A stretch of 64,000 nt of DNA. It comes from an uncultured Planctomycetaceae bacterium. GTDB lineage: Bacteria > Planctomycetota > Planctomycetia > Planctomycetales > Planctomycetaceae. Under the pieces are notes generated by a model, which was not told where the DNA came from, made no database searches, and worked only from the letters and a program-made list of their open reading frames with translations. Each line of letters opens with the position of its first letter. Position 1 is the first letter of the stretch. Shown here one piece after another: positions 1-10,796 of this stretch. Where the stretch lies: positions 571 to 64,570 of the forward strand of contig CAIOTJ010000344.1 of assembly GCA_903861195.1 (NCBI GenBank), in the 5' to 3' direction. The position numbers and the translations under genes are program-made.

Positions 1-709
1 GACGGTCGAACCCGTCGCGGGGCATCGCCTTGCTCGCCAGGAACTGCTCGGCCATCTTCTGGCTGCGGATCTTGTGCCGCATGACCTCGACCGACAATTC
101 CGACTTCCGCAGCTCAACTTCCAGCTCGCCGATACTGCTGACCCCCAGGCTCTTCATCTGCTTCTTGAGGTCTTCATCGACCTGCTTGTTGAGCGACGCC
201 TGCAGTCCGTCGAATTGCTCGGGCTTCAGCTTCCGCCGCAATGCCTGCAACAGCAGTTCCTGCTCGATGTATTGTTCGATGAATTTCTCGGCCACCATCC
301 GCCGGAACCGCTTGTACTCGGTGGGGGAGAGCTGCGCCTTGGCCTGCTTCAGTTGCGGTGTCGCCGGGACCAGCACGTCGTCATAAAAGATCGGCTGGCC
401 GTTGACCACCGCCGCCACCTCTCCCCGGGGATGGGGACTGGCGATTCGAGCCACCCCCGAGTCGCCCGTTCCATCGCTCGATGACGCGGGACGGACCTCG
501 CCCGATTCCGAATCCGCTGCCGCGGCCAGCTCGGTCGCGTCGTCCTGAACAGGAGCCTTGCTCGACTCCTCCATCGAGATCCGCCGCGGCGGCGGGGGCA
601 CGACGGGATCCTTGACCTTGCTGCCGGTCCCCTCGCAGCCCGCCAGCAGGCTCAACAGCAGCGAGGCACCCACCAGGTGCCGCGGTTTCGCTCGGAAAAG
701 CTCGTCCAT
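1..709 (-). CDS. SurA_N/PrsA-like periplasmic chaperone lipoprotein (3' end truncated by window start)
   Basis: Reverse-strand frame is open from the window edge to the ATG at 707-709. The N-terminus MDELFRAKPRHLVGASLLLSLLAGCEG carries a lipobox (LAGC). The later segment GQPIFYDDVLVPATPQLKQAKAQLSPTEYKRFRRMVAEKFIEQYIEQELLLQALRRKLKPEQ resembles SurA N-terminal/PPIase-chaperone domains. It is absent from the ORF track because it is truncated. Confidence 0.55.
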   Translation of the reverse strand, partial: MDELFRAKPRHLVGASLLLSLLAGCEGTGSKVKDPVVPPPPRRISMEESSKAPVQDDATELAAAADSESGEVRPASSSDGTGDSGVARIASPHPRGEVAAVVNGQPIFYDDVLVPATPQLKQAKAQLSPTEYKRFRRMVAEKFIEQYIEQELLLQALRRKLKPEQFDGLQASLNKQVDEDLKKQMKSLGVSSIGELEVELRKSELSVEVMRHKIRSQKMAEQFLASKAMPRDGFDR

Positions 710-885
710 GAGTCGGGGGTCCGGCAGGGGCGTGATGGTCCGGTGAGTTCCGCGCAGGACCGCGCAGCCACCGCAGTGGGGAGTGAGCGCCGGAAGTGGG
801 TCGGGAGGGGGAGAAGGGGAGTTCACGGGCGGAACCGCGGAAAGAATTCCGCAGCCTCTCCGAGAAACTGGAAGGGACTCGGGTT

Positions 886-4482
<3,597 letters not shown>

Positions 4483-4558
4483 GGCGGTTCGGATCGAGTA
4501 TATCGCACTCCAACCGGGGTTGGGATATTCCCCCGTGTGGAACCCCGTGACCCCTCCC

Positions 4559-5923
4559 TCACGACCAGTCGGTGATCGGGTGCCCCTCGCTCAACCGCCG
4601 GGGCAACTGCTGGAATTCGTCGTGGTATTCCTGCTGCGGATCGACCCCCAGGTGCGACAGGATGGTCGCCGTGAGGTCGGCGGGCGTCACCGGCTTGTCC
4701 ACCACATATCCCGCGTTGGAATTGGTGGCCCCATACACCTGCCCCCCCCGGACTCCGCCCCCCGCCACCAGGGCGGTGAAGGCGTGGGGCCAGTGGTCGC
4801 GCCCCGAGGGGCGGGTGTTGCTGCTTTGGCTGAACTGCCCCAGCTTGGGTGTGCGGCCAAACTCCCCCAGGGCCACCACTAGCGTCGACTCCAGCAGACC
4901 CCGCTCATGCAGGTCGGCGAGGAACGTGGGAAAGACCTGATCGAACAGCGGACAGAGCAGTCCCTTGAGTTTCGCGAAGTTGTCCTGATGCGTGTCCCAG
5001 CAGGTGTTCACGCCGTCGATCTTCGTTTCGTCCTCCCAGTTGACCGTGATCAACGGCACCCCCGCCTCGACCAGGCGTCGTGCGGCCAGCAGGCTCTGTC
5101 CCACCGCCGAGGGGCCATACGCCTCGCGGGTGGCAGCGCTCTCTTCCGACAGATCCAGTCGGTCGGCCGTGCGGTGCCGCAGCAGGGTGTAGGCCGATTC
5201 GGCACTGACGCGGAACTCCTCGATGGCCCGCGAGGTGCGCGGTCCGGCCTGACGTTCGACTTCGGTCAGCAGCGCCCGGCGTTCGGCCAGCCGGCTCCAG
5301 GGAGACTGCGGATCCAGCCGCAGGCCCGACGCCGCGAGGGACGAATCATCGAGCCGTCCCTGAATCAGCAGGGGATTGAATCGTTCTCCCATGCGGCCCC
5401 CGGACTGACCGGCGATCCGTTTGGATTGTCCGGGGAACTGCAGGAACCAGGGGAGCACGACCGACGGGGGGAGACCTTCGGCCGAAGGGGCGTACCGCAT
5501 CGCCAACGAGCTGAGCGCGGGCCAATCTTCGGGCGTGGCCTGATCGGTGACCGGAGGGCCCTGGTACTCGCGTCCAGTGAAGACCTCACTGCAGGCGGGG
5601 CCGTGGACGTTCATGCGATGCGTCATCGACCGCACGAGGCAGAGGTGTTGCAGGTGGGTGGCGAGGCGGGGCAGGTGCTCGCAGATCTGGATGCCCGGGA
5701 CGGAGGTGGCGATCGGTTCGAACTCGCCGCGCACTTCGCGCGGCGCCCGCGGCTTCATGTCCCAGAGATCCACCTGCGACGGACCGCCGAACAGGAACAG
5801 GAAGACGCACGAGCGGGCCCGGGCAGACGGGGTCGCACCCGAGGCGCGACGCGTGGCGGCGGCGAAGAGCCCGCCCGAAGCGGCCCCCAGTCCGGCGATG
5901 CTCAACAATTCCCGGCGGTTCAT
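4559..5923 (-). CDS. DUF1501 domain-containing protein (sulfatase-fold, Tat signal)
   Basis: Start re-set to MNRRELLSIAGLGAASGG (twin-arginine-like signal) at 5921-5923. DUF1501 hallmarks are present: FLFLFGGPSQVDLWDMKP, VRSMTH, LGEFGRTP...GRDHW. The 657-aa track ORF (to 6532) is an upstream extension with no family match. Confidence 0.9.
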   Translation of the reverse strand: MNRRELLSIAGLGAASGGLFAAATRRASGATPSARARSCVFLFLFGGPSQVDLWDMKPRAPREVRGEFEPIATSVPGIQICEHLPRLATHLQHLCLVRSMTHRMNVHGPACSEVFTGREYQGPPVTDQATPEDWPALSSLAMRYAPSAEGLPPSVVLPWFLQFPGQSKRIAGQSGGRMGERFNPLLIQGRLDDSSLAASGLRLDPQSPWSRLAERRALLTEVERQAGPRTSRAIEEFRVSAESAYTLLRHRTADRLDLSEESAATREAYGPSAVGQSLLAARRLVEAGVPLITVNWEDETKIDGVNTCWDTHQDNFAKLKGLLCPLFDQVFPTFLADLHERGLLESTLVVALGEFGRTPKLGQFSQSSNTRPSGRDHWPHAFTALVAGGGVRGGQVYGATNSNAGYVVDKPVTPADLTATILSHLGVDPQQEYHDEFQQLPRRLSEGHPITDWS

Positions 5924-6164
5924 CGAAGCGGTTCCTGTGCAGGGGAGAGACGATCCAGCCGTTCCGAACGCGACAATGATGATACCCGGGTGGTGATGTC
6001 GGCTCCACCGGCCGGGTACTCTGTGCGGGGCCTGGGGGTCGGAAAACAGGGGGACGGCGGCGCGGGGCAGCAAATGGGAGAGGGGGGGCAAAGTGGCAAG
6101 CCGCCCGGCGGGTCGGACCGGGAGAAAATGCCGGCCCCTCACCGCCGACCCGGGTTGGGGTGTC

Positions 6165-6245
6165 GCGCCAAACCAGGCATTTTTTCGCTGATTTTCGCGA
6201 CTTTCCAAAAAATCTGACAAATCCTGCAAATCATTATTGACGGCC
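6165..6245. promoter_or_regulatory. AT-rich divergent promoter region (DUF1501/mfd leftward, mraZ rightward)
   Basis: The only strongly AT-rich stretch in the 390-bp divergent intergenic region (ttttttcgctgattttcgcgactttccaaaaaatctgacaaatcctgcaaatcattattga). On the minus strand it contains TTGTCA-N18-GAAAAT. The plus-strand -35/-10 assignment is ambiguous. Confidence 0.3.
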
Positions 6246-6260
6246 CAAAATGCCCCGCTA

Positions 6261-6310
6261 AAGTGGGGGCCGTTGTGGGACTCAGTGGGACCCCGTGGGA
6301 GAAAGTGGTG
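6261..6310 (+). promoter_or_regulatory. MraZ operator: five direct GTGG(G/T) repeats with about 10-bp phasing
   Basis: aaaGTGGGG (6263), gttGTGGGA (6275), tcaGTGGGA (6285), cccGTGGGA (6295), gaaaGTGGTG (6305). The array ends 4 nt before the mraZ ATG. It matches the known MraZ box type (TGGGN / AAAGTGG repeats at helical periodicity). Confidence 0.7.
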
Positions 6311-6314
6311 GCGT

Positions 6315-6749
6315 ATGGCCCTGTCGGGGACTTTTCCCCGATCGCTGGACGACAAGCTTCGGCTGGCGATTCCCAAGCGGCTCCTCGAGGATTTCGGGGA
6401 GGCCGGGCTGACGCATTTCCATTTCGCCCCGGGGACCGAGAAGTCGCTGCTGCTGTACTCTCCGAAAGGATTCGAGAGGCTGTCGCGGCGTGTGAGTCGG
6501 CTGTCCAATCGTCCGCAGGTGCGGGCGTACAAACGGTTCTTCTACGCAAATGCGGAGAAGGTCGAGCTCGACTCGCAGGGTCGCATCCGGATTCCGGAGC
6601 GGCTGGTGGAGTTTGCCGGGATCACCAGGGAAGTCGTGATTCTCGGCGTGCACGATCACGCGGAAGTGTGGGATGCCACCGCGTGGAGTGACTTCGTCGC
6701 GAAGAACAGCGCGAGTTTCGACGAGTTGGCGACGATGGCGTTCGAGTGA
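6315..6749 (+). CDS. mraZ: transcriptional regulator MraZ
   Basis: MALSGTFPRSLDDKLRLAIPKRLLEDFG... and a second half-domain ...VELDSQGRIRIPERLVEFAGI...VILGVHDHAEVWD give the duplicated SpoVT/AbrB-like MraZ repeats (DxxxR motifs). Start set to the ATG at 6315, which matches the family N-terminus. Confidence 0.9.
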   Translation: MALSGTFPRSLDDKLRLAIPKRLLEDFGEAGLTHFHFAPGTEKSLLLYSPKGFERLSRRVSRLSNRPQVRAYKRFFYANAEKVELDSQGRIRIPERLVEFAGITREVVILGVHDHAEVWDATAWSDFVAKNSASFDELATMAFE

Positions 6750-7368
6750 AGCGGGCGCGGCTCCAGGGAAGGTGTGCCGCCGCCCGAGAGAAGAGCGTCG
6801 GCACGACGCGAGACTGTTGGAAGACGGAAGGGTGTGGGGCGATGTGCTAGCGCAGCGCTCCACACAGACACAGACTGCCGCCAACCTCGAACCGGGTTGC
6901 GGAAAGTGGTCGGTGTGCCATGGATCGGCGCACCACGGAGGGGCGCGGCCCGCAAAAACCGCCGCAATCGTTCGCCTCGCGGGGGTCACAAGGATGTGGT
7001 CCAGAGGCGGGCGGTTTCCGATGACCTCTCATCCCCCCGACGTGCCGTTCTAAGCCGTGGCGATGGGCTTCCAGCCTGTCGGAACTGTCAGATCGCGGCC
7101 ACAGCTCCCGCCGATCTCATCCGGTGTCTGGTCGATGTGGTCACACAGCGACCGCCCAGGTCACAGCCGTGGAGGCGTTCCCTCTCGAAGCGGCACTCTG
7201 GCTATGGCTCAAAACCCGGGCGAAGACCTTTGGGCGAGCACTGTTGCCCGGCGCGGTGCAGCTGCTCCTGACGGGAATTTGCGTTTGCGGAGTCGGTGGA
7301 GGTGTTCCGCGAGTCCGGAGGGTTGAGACGCATCATCGTTGCGGAATCAAGGCTTGCGAATCACGCTC

Positions 7369-7656
7369 ATGAAGCACGAGTTCGTCGACATCGAATTCAC
7401 ACCACGGGAAAGGTTTCTGATCCTCAAATATGGTTATCCGTTTGAGGGAATCTCAGCGTCCCTGAAAGCACTGACAAAGAGCCGCTGTGTCGAGCTGGTG
7501 TCCGTCTCTCGTTTCGAATTGGAGCGATTGATTGGCGACTTGTGTGCCTCAATCAACGACGCGAAGCCAGGTCGGCTACAGAACGAACTCTTTTGTCTTT
7601 GCGATCGCCTGGAGGCCGCGGAGCGTTACGGCGAGGGTTTTCTCGACGAACTCTGA
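7369..7656 (+). CDS. hypothetical small cytoplasmic protein (95 aa)
   Basis: The ORF lies in locally lower-GC DNA, with its first ATG at 7369 (MKHEFVDIEFTPRERFLILKYGYPFEG...). I see no signal peptide and no recognisable motif. Codon usage looks coding-like rather than shadow-like. Confidence 0.4.
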   Translation: MKHEFVDIEFTPRERFLILKYGYPFEGISASLKALTKSRCVELVSVSRFELERLIGDLCASINDAKPGRLQNELFCLCDRLEAAERYGEGFLDEL

Positions 7657-7794
7657 TCGGATCCCGCCGGGCCACGAGACGGAACAAGTCAGAGCCAATC
7701 GAGCCGACTCCCATCGCGGTCCCCCTCATGACCGGCCGTCAATTGTCACGCCGAACGGCTCATGCCCAGGAGACCTCGCATGAGCGCCCAAGTG

Positions 7795-8493
7795 TCAGAA
7801 CCAACGCCGGCCGAACAGGGCCAGGGTGGTCAAACAGAGCGTGATCTGAACAAATCCGGAGGGCTCCGGGATGACGAGGATATTGGCCGGTCCAAACAGC
7901 GCGGCTGTCACTTGCGAGTGCCAGGCAGCGACGAAGAGAATGGCGTTGGGGGACGGCGACCCCGCGGGAATGTTGAAATCAGTCAGTGGAGTCTTGCTCA
8001 TTGTAACGATCGAATCCCGTTCCCCGCGCGCACCAATGGAACAATACGTCAACTGAACAAAGTCTCCCAATGGAGTGAATTCTTCGGGATTGACGGGATC
8101 GAACGGGAACCAGAAGGGATCCCGATAGCCCAATTGGACAAGCGGCCCAGCGATGCAGTTCCCCCCCAGACCTTGCGACGAGGTCGTTTCCCAAACATAC
8201 ACGGTGTTGCGTTCCACTGTGTCGGTTACAAATGGATCGAGTCCGAACCCGAACACCGCGCTGAACGAGCCTCCGTCTTGCCAGGCCCTGGTGCCGGGAT
8301 GCCTGGCAACATGGGATCCCAGCGCCAACTCGGGTTCGTACCAGCCGGCATTGAAAATGATCCGTTGCAGATAGTCTGTCGGGATTGTTTGGTAGGGCAG
8401 AGTGTCTGCGGCCGCTGGGGATGAGCGCGTGAGGTTCATCGCGAGAGTCATCAACACAATCCAGGCACTGCGTGCCGCCATGTTTGGAAACAT
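7795..8493 (-). CDS. PEP-CTERM sorting domain-containing secreted protein
   Basis: N-terminal signal peptide (MFPNMAARSAWIVLMTLAMNLTRSSPAAA). The C-terminus ...NILVIPEPSGFVQITLCLTTLALFGRRWF is a PEP motif plus a hydrophobic helix plus a basic tail. GC is lower than in flanking genes. Confidence 0.75.
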   Translation of the reverse strand: MFPNMAARSAWIVLMTLAMNLTRSSPAAADTLPYQTIPTDYLQRIIFNAGWYEPELALGSHVARHPGTRAWQDGGSFSAVFGFGLDPFVTDTVERNTVYVWETTSSQGLGGNCIAGPLVQLGYRDPFWFPFDPVNPEEFTPLGDFVQLTYCSIGARGERDSIVTMSKTPLTDFNIPAGSPSPNAILFVAAWHSQVTAALFGPANILVIPEPSGFVQITLCLTTLALFGRRWF

Positions 8494-8511
8494 CACTCAT
8501 CTCCCGAAGGA

Positions 8512-8541
8512 CTGCGAAGACTGAGGCTGCGAAGACTGAGG
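8512..8541. repeat. perfect 15-bp tandem duplication (ctgcgaagactgagg x2)
   Basis: Read directly: 8512-8526 equals 8527-8541. It lies 19 bp upstream of the PEP-CTERM gene start, in its leader/promoter on the minus strand. Confidence 0.85.
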
Positions 8542-8879
8542 CACACTTCATAAGAGTCGCTCCGCAGCCATGTCACCTGCGGAACACGACAACATGATCC
8601 GGAGATCCACATGACGTTTCCATATCCAAAACTCCTCTTTCCCATTCAGGGAAAAACTGACCTGGCCGACAGCTCGCCCGTCCTCCGGTGGGGCCAGCCA
8701 TTGTTTCAATGCCGCGGGATTCCGCCATCAGCTGTTTTGTGATTATGCATGAAATGGTCTACCCGGCGCTCGCGTGGGACGCGGCTCCCGCCAAGGGCAG
8801 GGTCGTGTGGGCCATCAAGACACGAGGATCGGCAATCGCGGCGCGGGATCGGGCCATTCGTGATGTTGGGCCATGACGT

Positions 8880-9168
8880 TCGTCTAGAGAGTTTCCCGGA
8901 TACTCCCGCTGCAGCCTCTCGAACAACGTCTCCGCCTGCAATCTTGGTGTTCCTCCAGGAGTTTCCCCACCGCCTCCCAGTCCTCCCCAGACGGATCTGG
9001 ACGCGTTCGCCACCAGTGCTTCCCCGTCCCCTCGCTTGGCATCTGCGACTCCCTGCGATACTTCCGCGCCGTCTTCTCGTTCATCCCTGCCTTCAACGCC
9101 GCCACACCCAACGACATCCCCCGCGACAACAACTTCTCCAAGCGCCGGACCTGGCCGTCCTGAATCAT
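8880..9168 (-). pseudogene. IS21-family transposase (IstA) N-terminal fragment, frameshifted and truncated
   Basis: MIQDGQVRRLEKLLSRGMSLGVAALKAGMNEKTARKYRRESQMPSEGTGKHWWRTRPDPSGEDWEAVGKLLEE matches the IstA HTH N-terminus. The expected continuation PRLQAETLFERLQREYPG is present only in a different frame (tail of ORF 8759..9667). All similarity then stops, with no DDE core and no istB. Confidence 0.6.
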
Positions 9169-9546
9169 CGCAACCCGCCTGCTGGAAATGGGTTGCGAGT
9201 TTCCCTCTCACCGACTCTCCGGTCCCTTCAAGCGGTACTTCGAATCGTCGTCGCCGGTACTTCGAATTGTCGCGACACAGGGCGCGCGCTGGCCTGCATC
9301 GGATCCTTCTCCACCCTCGAGACAGAAGGTGCCCGCAGGGCGGATGAGGGGGCGCCCCGCCTGCCCCGCGCCCAAAGTCCCCTCCTGGCAACATCCCTCC
9401 GGGAGGGCGAGGTTCCGTCCGAGCCGCTACTGCGTGTCGATCAATCTGAAACCGTACGTATGGGGGCGCTCCGGCCCACAAAGTCTTTCGTTCCAACACG
9501 CGTCGCCTGAACACCAATCGCCCGGTCCCGGCACGTCCTCGCCGAA

Positions 9547-9639
9547 GGGGTTCAAGAGGGTAGCCGGGGGTTCCGCGCAGCGGTACCCCCGGAACAAGGT
9601 TGCAAGATCTGCCCGAACCCCGGTAGGGGTTCCAGAGGG
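9547..9639. repeat. pair of 14-bp direct repeats GGGGTTCAAGAGGG (9547-9560) / GGGGTTCCAGAGGG (9626-9639)
   Basis: Read directly; 13 of 14 positions are identical and the copies are 79 bp apart. An 8-bp-stem hairpin (ccgggggt...acccccgg, 9565-9593) lies between them. Confidence 0.6.
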
Positions 9640-10763
9640 ACCGGCACAACGCGTTCTTCATGGTCACGTCCCCCCATCAAGCGGCCGCTGGCCGCCGTCC
9701 GTTAGGTTTCCATCCTGACGGTCACAGGGCCTTTCCCCCGACAAGCACCTCCCGATCCACCGACCCATCGTCGCCAAGAAGACCGACAAACCAAGAGGTT
9801 CGTCGCCACGGCCCGGTACCAAACCCGCGCCGTTTCGCACGCCGGCCCCGGGCCGCACAATCCCTGAGGGGGATTTCTACCATAGCCTGGGGTTGCCACA
9901 GCGCAGCGGCAGCTACCCGAGGTCACCGTTCCCGTCAATCGGTTCAACTCTGAAGGAGTTGGCTACCAGAGGTTGGACGCGGCTCCCTGACACGGTGTGG
10001 TCACGTGGGCCACGAGGACACGATGATCGGCAGTCGTCGGGACGGACCGGATCATCCGCATTATTGATGATCCCTGATGTCGCCCCCTTATACCCCGCGC
10101 TCCGTCGTAACGTCCTCTGGCGAAATCATCCACAGCGAAGGCACCTGGTAGCGACTCGTTCAGAGTTGGGCCAAGGGGTGGGGAATGCCGACCCAAGACA
10201 CGCGGGGCCACTCTTTGCAGGGCGAGCCTGTGCATTGAGCCGCAAATTATTTTTCGGTAACTGCGAATGGCGAATTGGGGCAGTCGGTACCGGTCGGTGC
10301 CAAGGCGGTGCCGACATCGGATGGCATGGCTTGCATCCACAGGGGGGCCAAGTCGACTTCCATGGCCTGATAAACAACGTGACAAACAACGGGTGGCCCG
10401 CATTTCACCATTGCCGGTCAAATCTCCCGCGTCCCTGATGCCGGATCTGGAATCTGTCACTGAAAGCAGTCCACCCCGGGAACTGCAGTCGAGGGGACGG
10501 CCTCTCGAAGTCGCACCGGGGCTGCTGCCCGCTGACATGCCCGCACACGTTAGAAAAACCGGCGGTGGGCACCGTGGCCTCGTCGCGACGTCCGTAGTTT
10601 GGAACTTGTTCCACGCCGGAAAGATGCGCGACTGACGTTTTGCCGTCGTTGTGTTTCACGAGTGTCTCGTGGGGATTGAAATCCACACGACGTTCGTTGC
10701 GTGGAACGTGTTCCACGCGACCGGAGATGGCGAAAAGAGTGGTGAACCATGATTTGAATGCAC

Positions 10764-10785
10764 TGACAGACCTGGAGGTCTGTCA
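10764..10785 (-). terminator. hairpin 11 nt downstream of the histidine-kinase stop (weak terminator candidate)
   Basis: Perfect 9-bp stem TGACAGACC/GGTCTGTCA with a 4-nt loop. The trailing sequence on the minus strand (gtgcattcaaatcat) is only modestly U-rich. Confidence 0.35.
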
Positions 10786-10796
10786 CCACGGGCGGC

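Larger units (their letters stand above)
8880..9650 (-). mobile_element. decayed IS21-family element remnant (putative left end plus istA 5' fragment)
   Basis: This covers the pseudogene above and, upstream of it, two copies of GGGGTTC(A/C)AGAGGG. On the istA strand these read TGTGCCGGTCCCTCTGGAACCCC...CCCTCTTGAACCCC. A TGT-terminated end with internal multiple repeats is typical of IS21 ends. The boundary is inferred, not proven. Confidence 0.35.

Noticed and set aside
5924-6532. N-terminal 200-aa extension of the DUF1501 ORF (track ORF 4559..6532). Analogous extensions occur at 37785..38297 (STAS-TM gene), 41044..41310 (mscL), 22009..22128 (STAS), 26074..26265 (PQQ propeller), 48492..48827 (SDR) and 63726..63902 (ggt)
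   Set aside because: In each case an internal ATG gives a canonical family N-terminus, Tat signal or signal peptide. The upstream extension is low-complexity and runs into promoter-like or divergent intergenic DNA. The 4559..6532 extension would also cover the mraZ operator.
8512-8541. CRISPR-like or other repeat-array interpretation of the short tandem repeats (also 29942-29975 and 52686-52721)
   Set aside because: Each is only two contiguous copies of 15-18 bp with no spacers, and there are no cas genes in the window. These are simple slippage duplications.
8759-9667. 302-aa minus-strand ORF spanning the IS21 relic
   Set aside because: Only its last roughly 20 codons (PRLQAETLFERLQREYPG) resemble IstA. 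The rest is Arg/Gly/Pro-rich with no motif and is out of frame with the recognisable istA N-terminus. I treat it as a chance open frame over a pseudogene.
10405-10716. Possible relic of a DUF1559 / H-X9-DG prepilin-associated protein C-terminus (…NPHETLVKHNDGKTSVAHLSGVEQVPNYGRRDEATVP…)
   Set aside because: The His-to-DG spacing is 7 residues, not 9. No N-terminal prepilin-type segment exists upstream, since only 80 nt remain before the kinase stop, and the frame does not terminate where the family does. The match is too weak to call, although it could be a decayed fragment.
9170-10796. Search for a tRNA, group II intron domain V, RNase P, SRP or other structured RNA in the 1.6-kb non-coding stretch
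   Set aside because: GGGGTTCAAGAGGG at 9547 superficially resembles a T-arm but has no matching acceptor, D or anticodon stems. The acgtacgt palindrome near 9455 lacks the domain V bulged helix. I found no conserved RNase P or SRP cores. A covariance-model scan is needed, because I cannot exclude an RNA I do not recognise.
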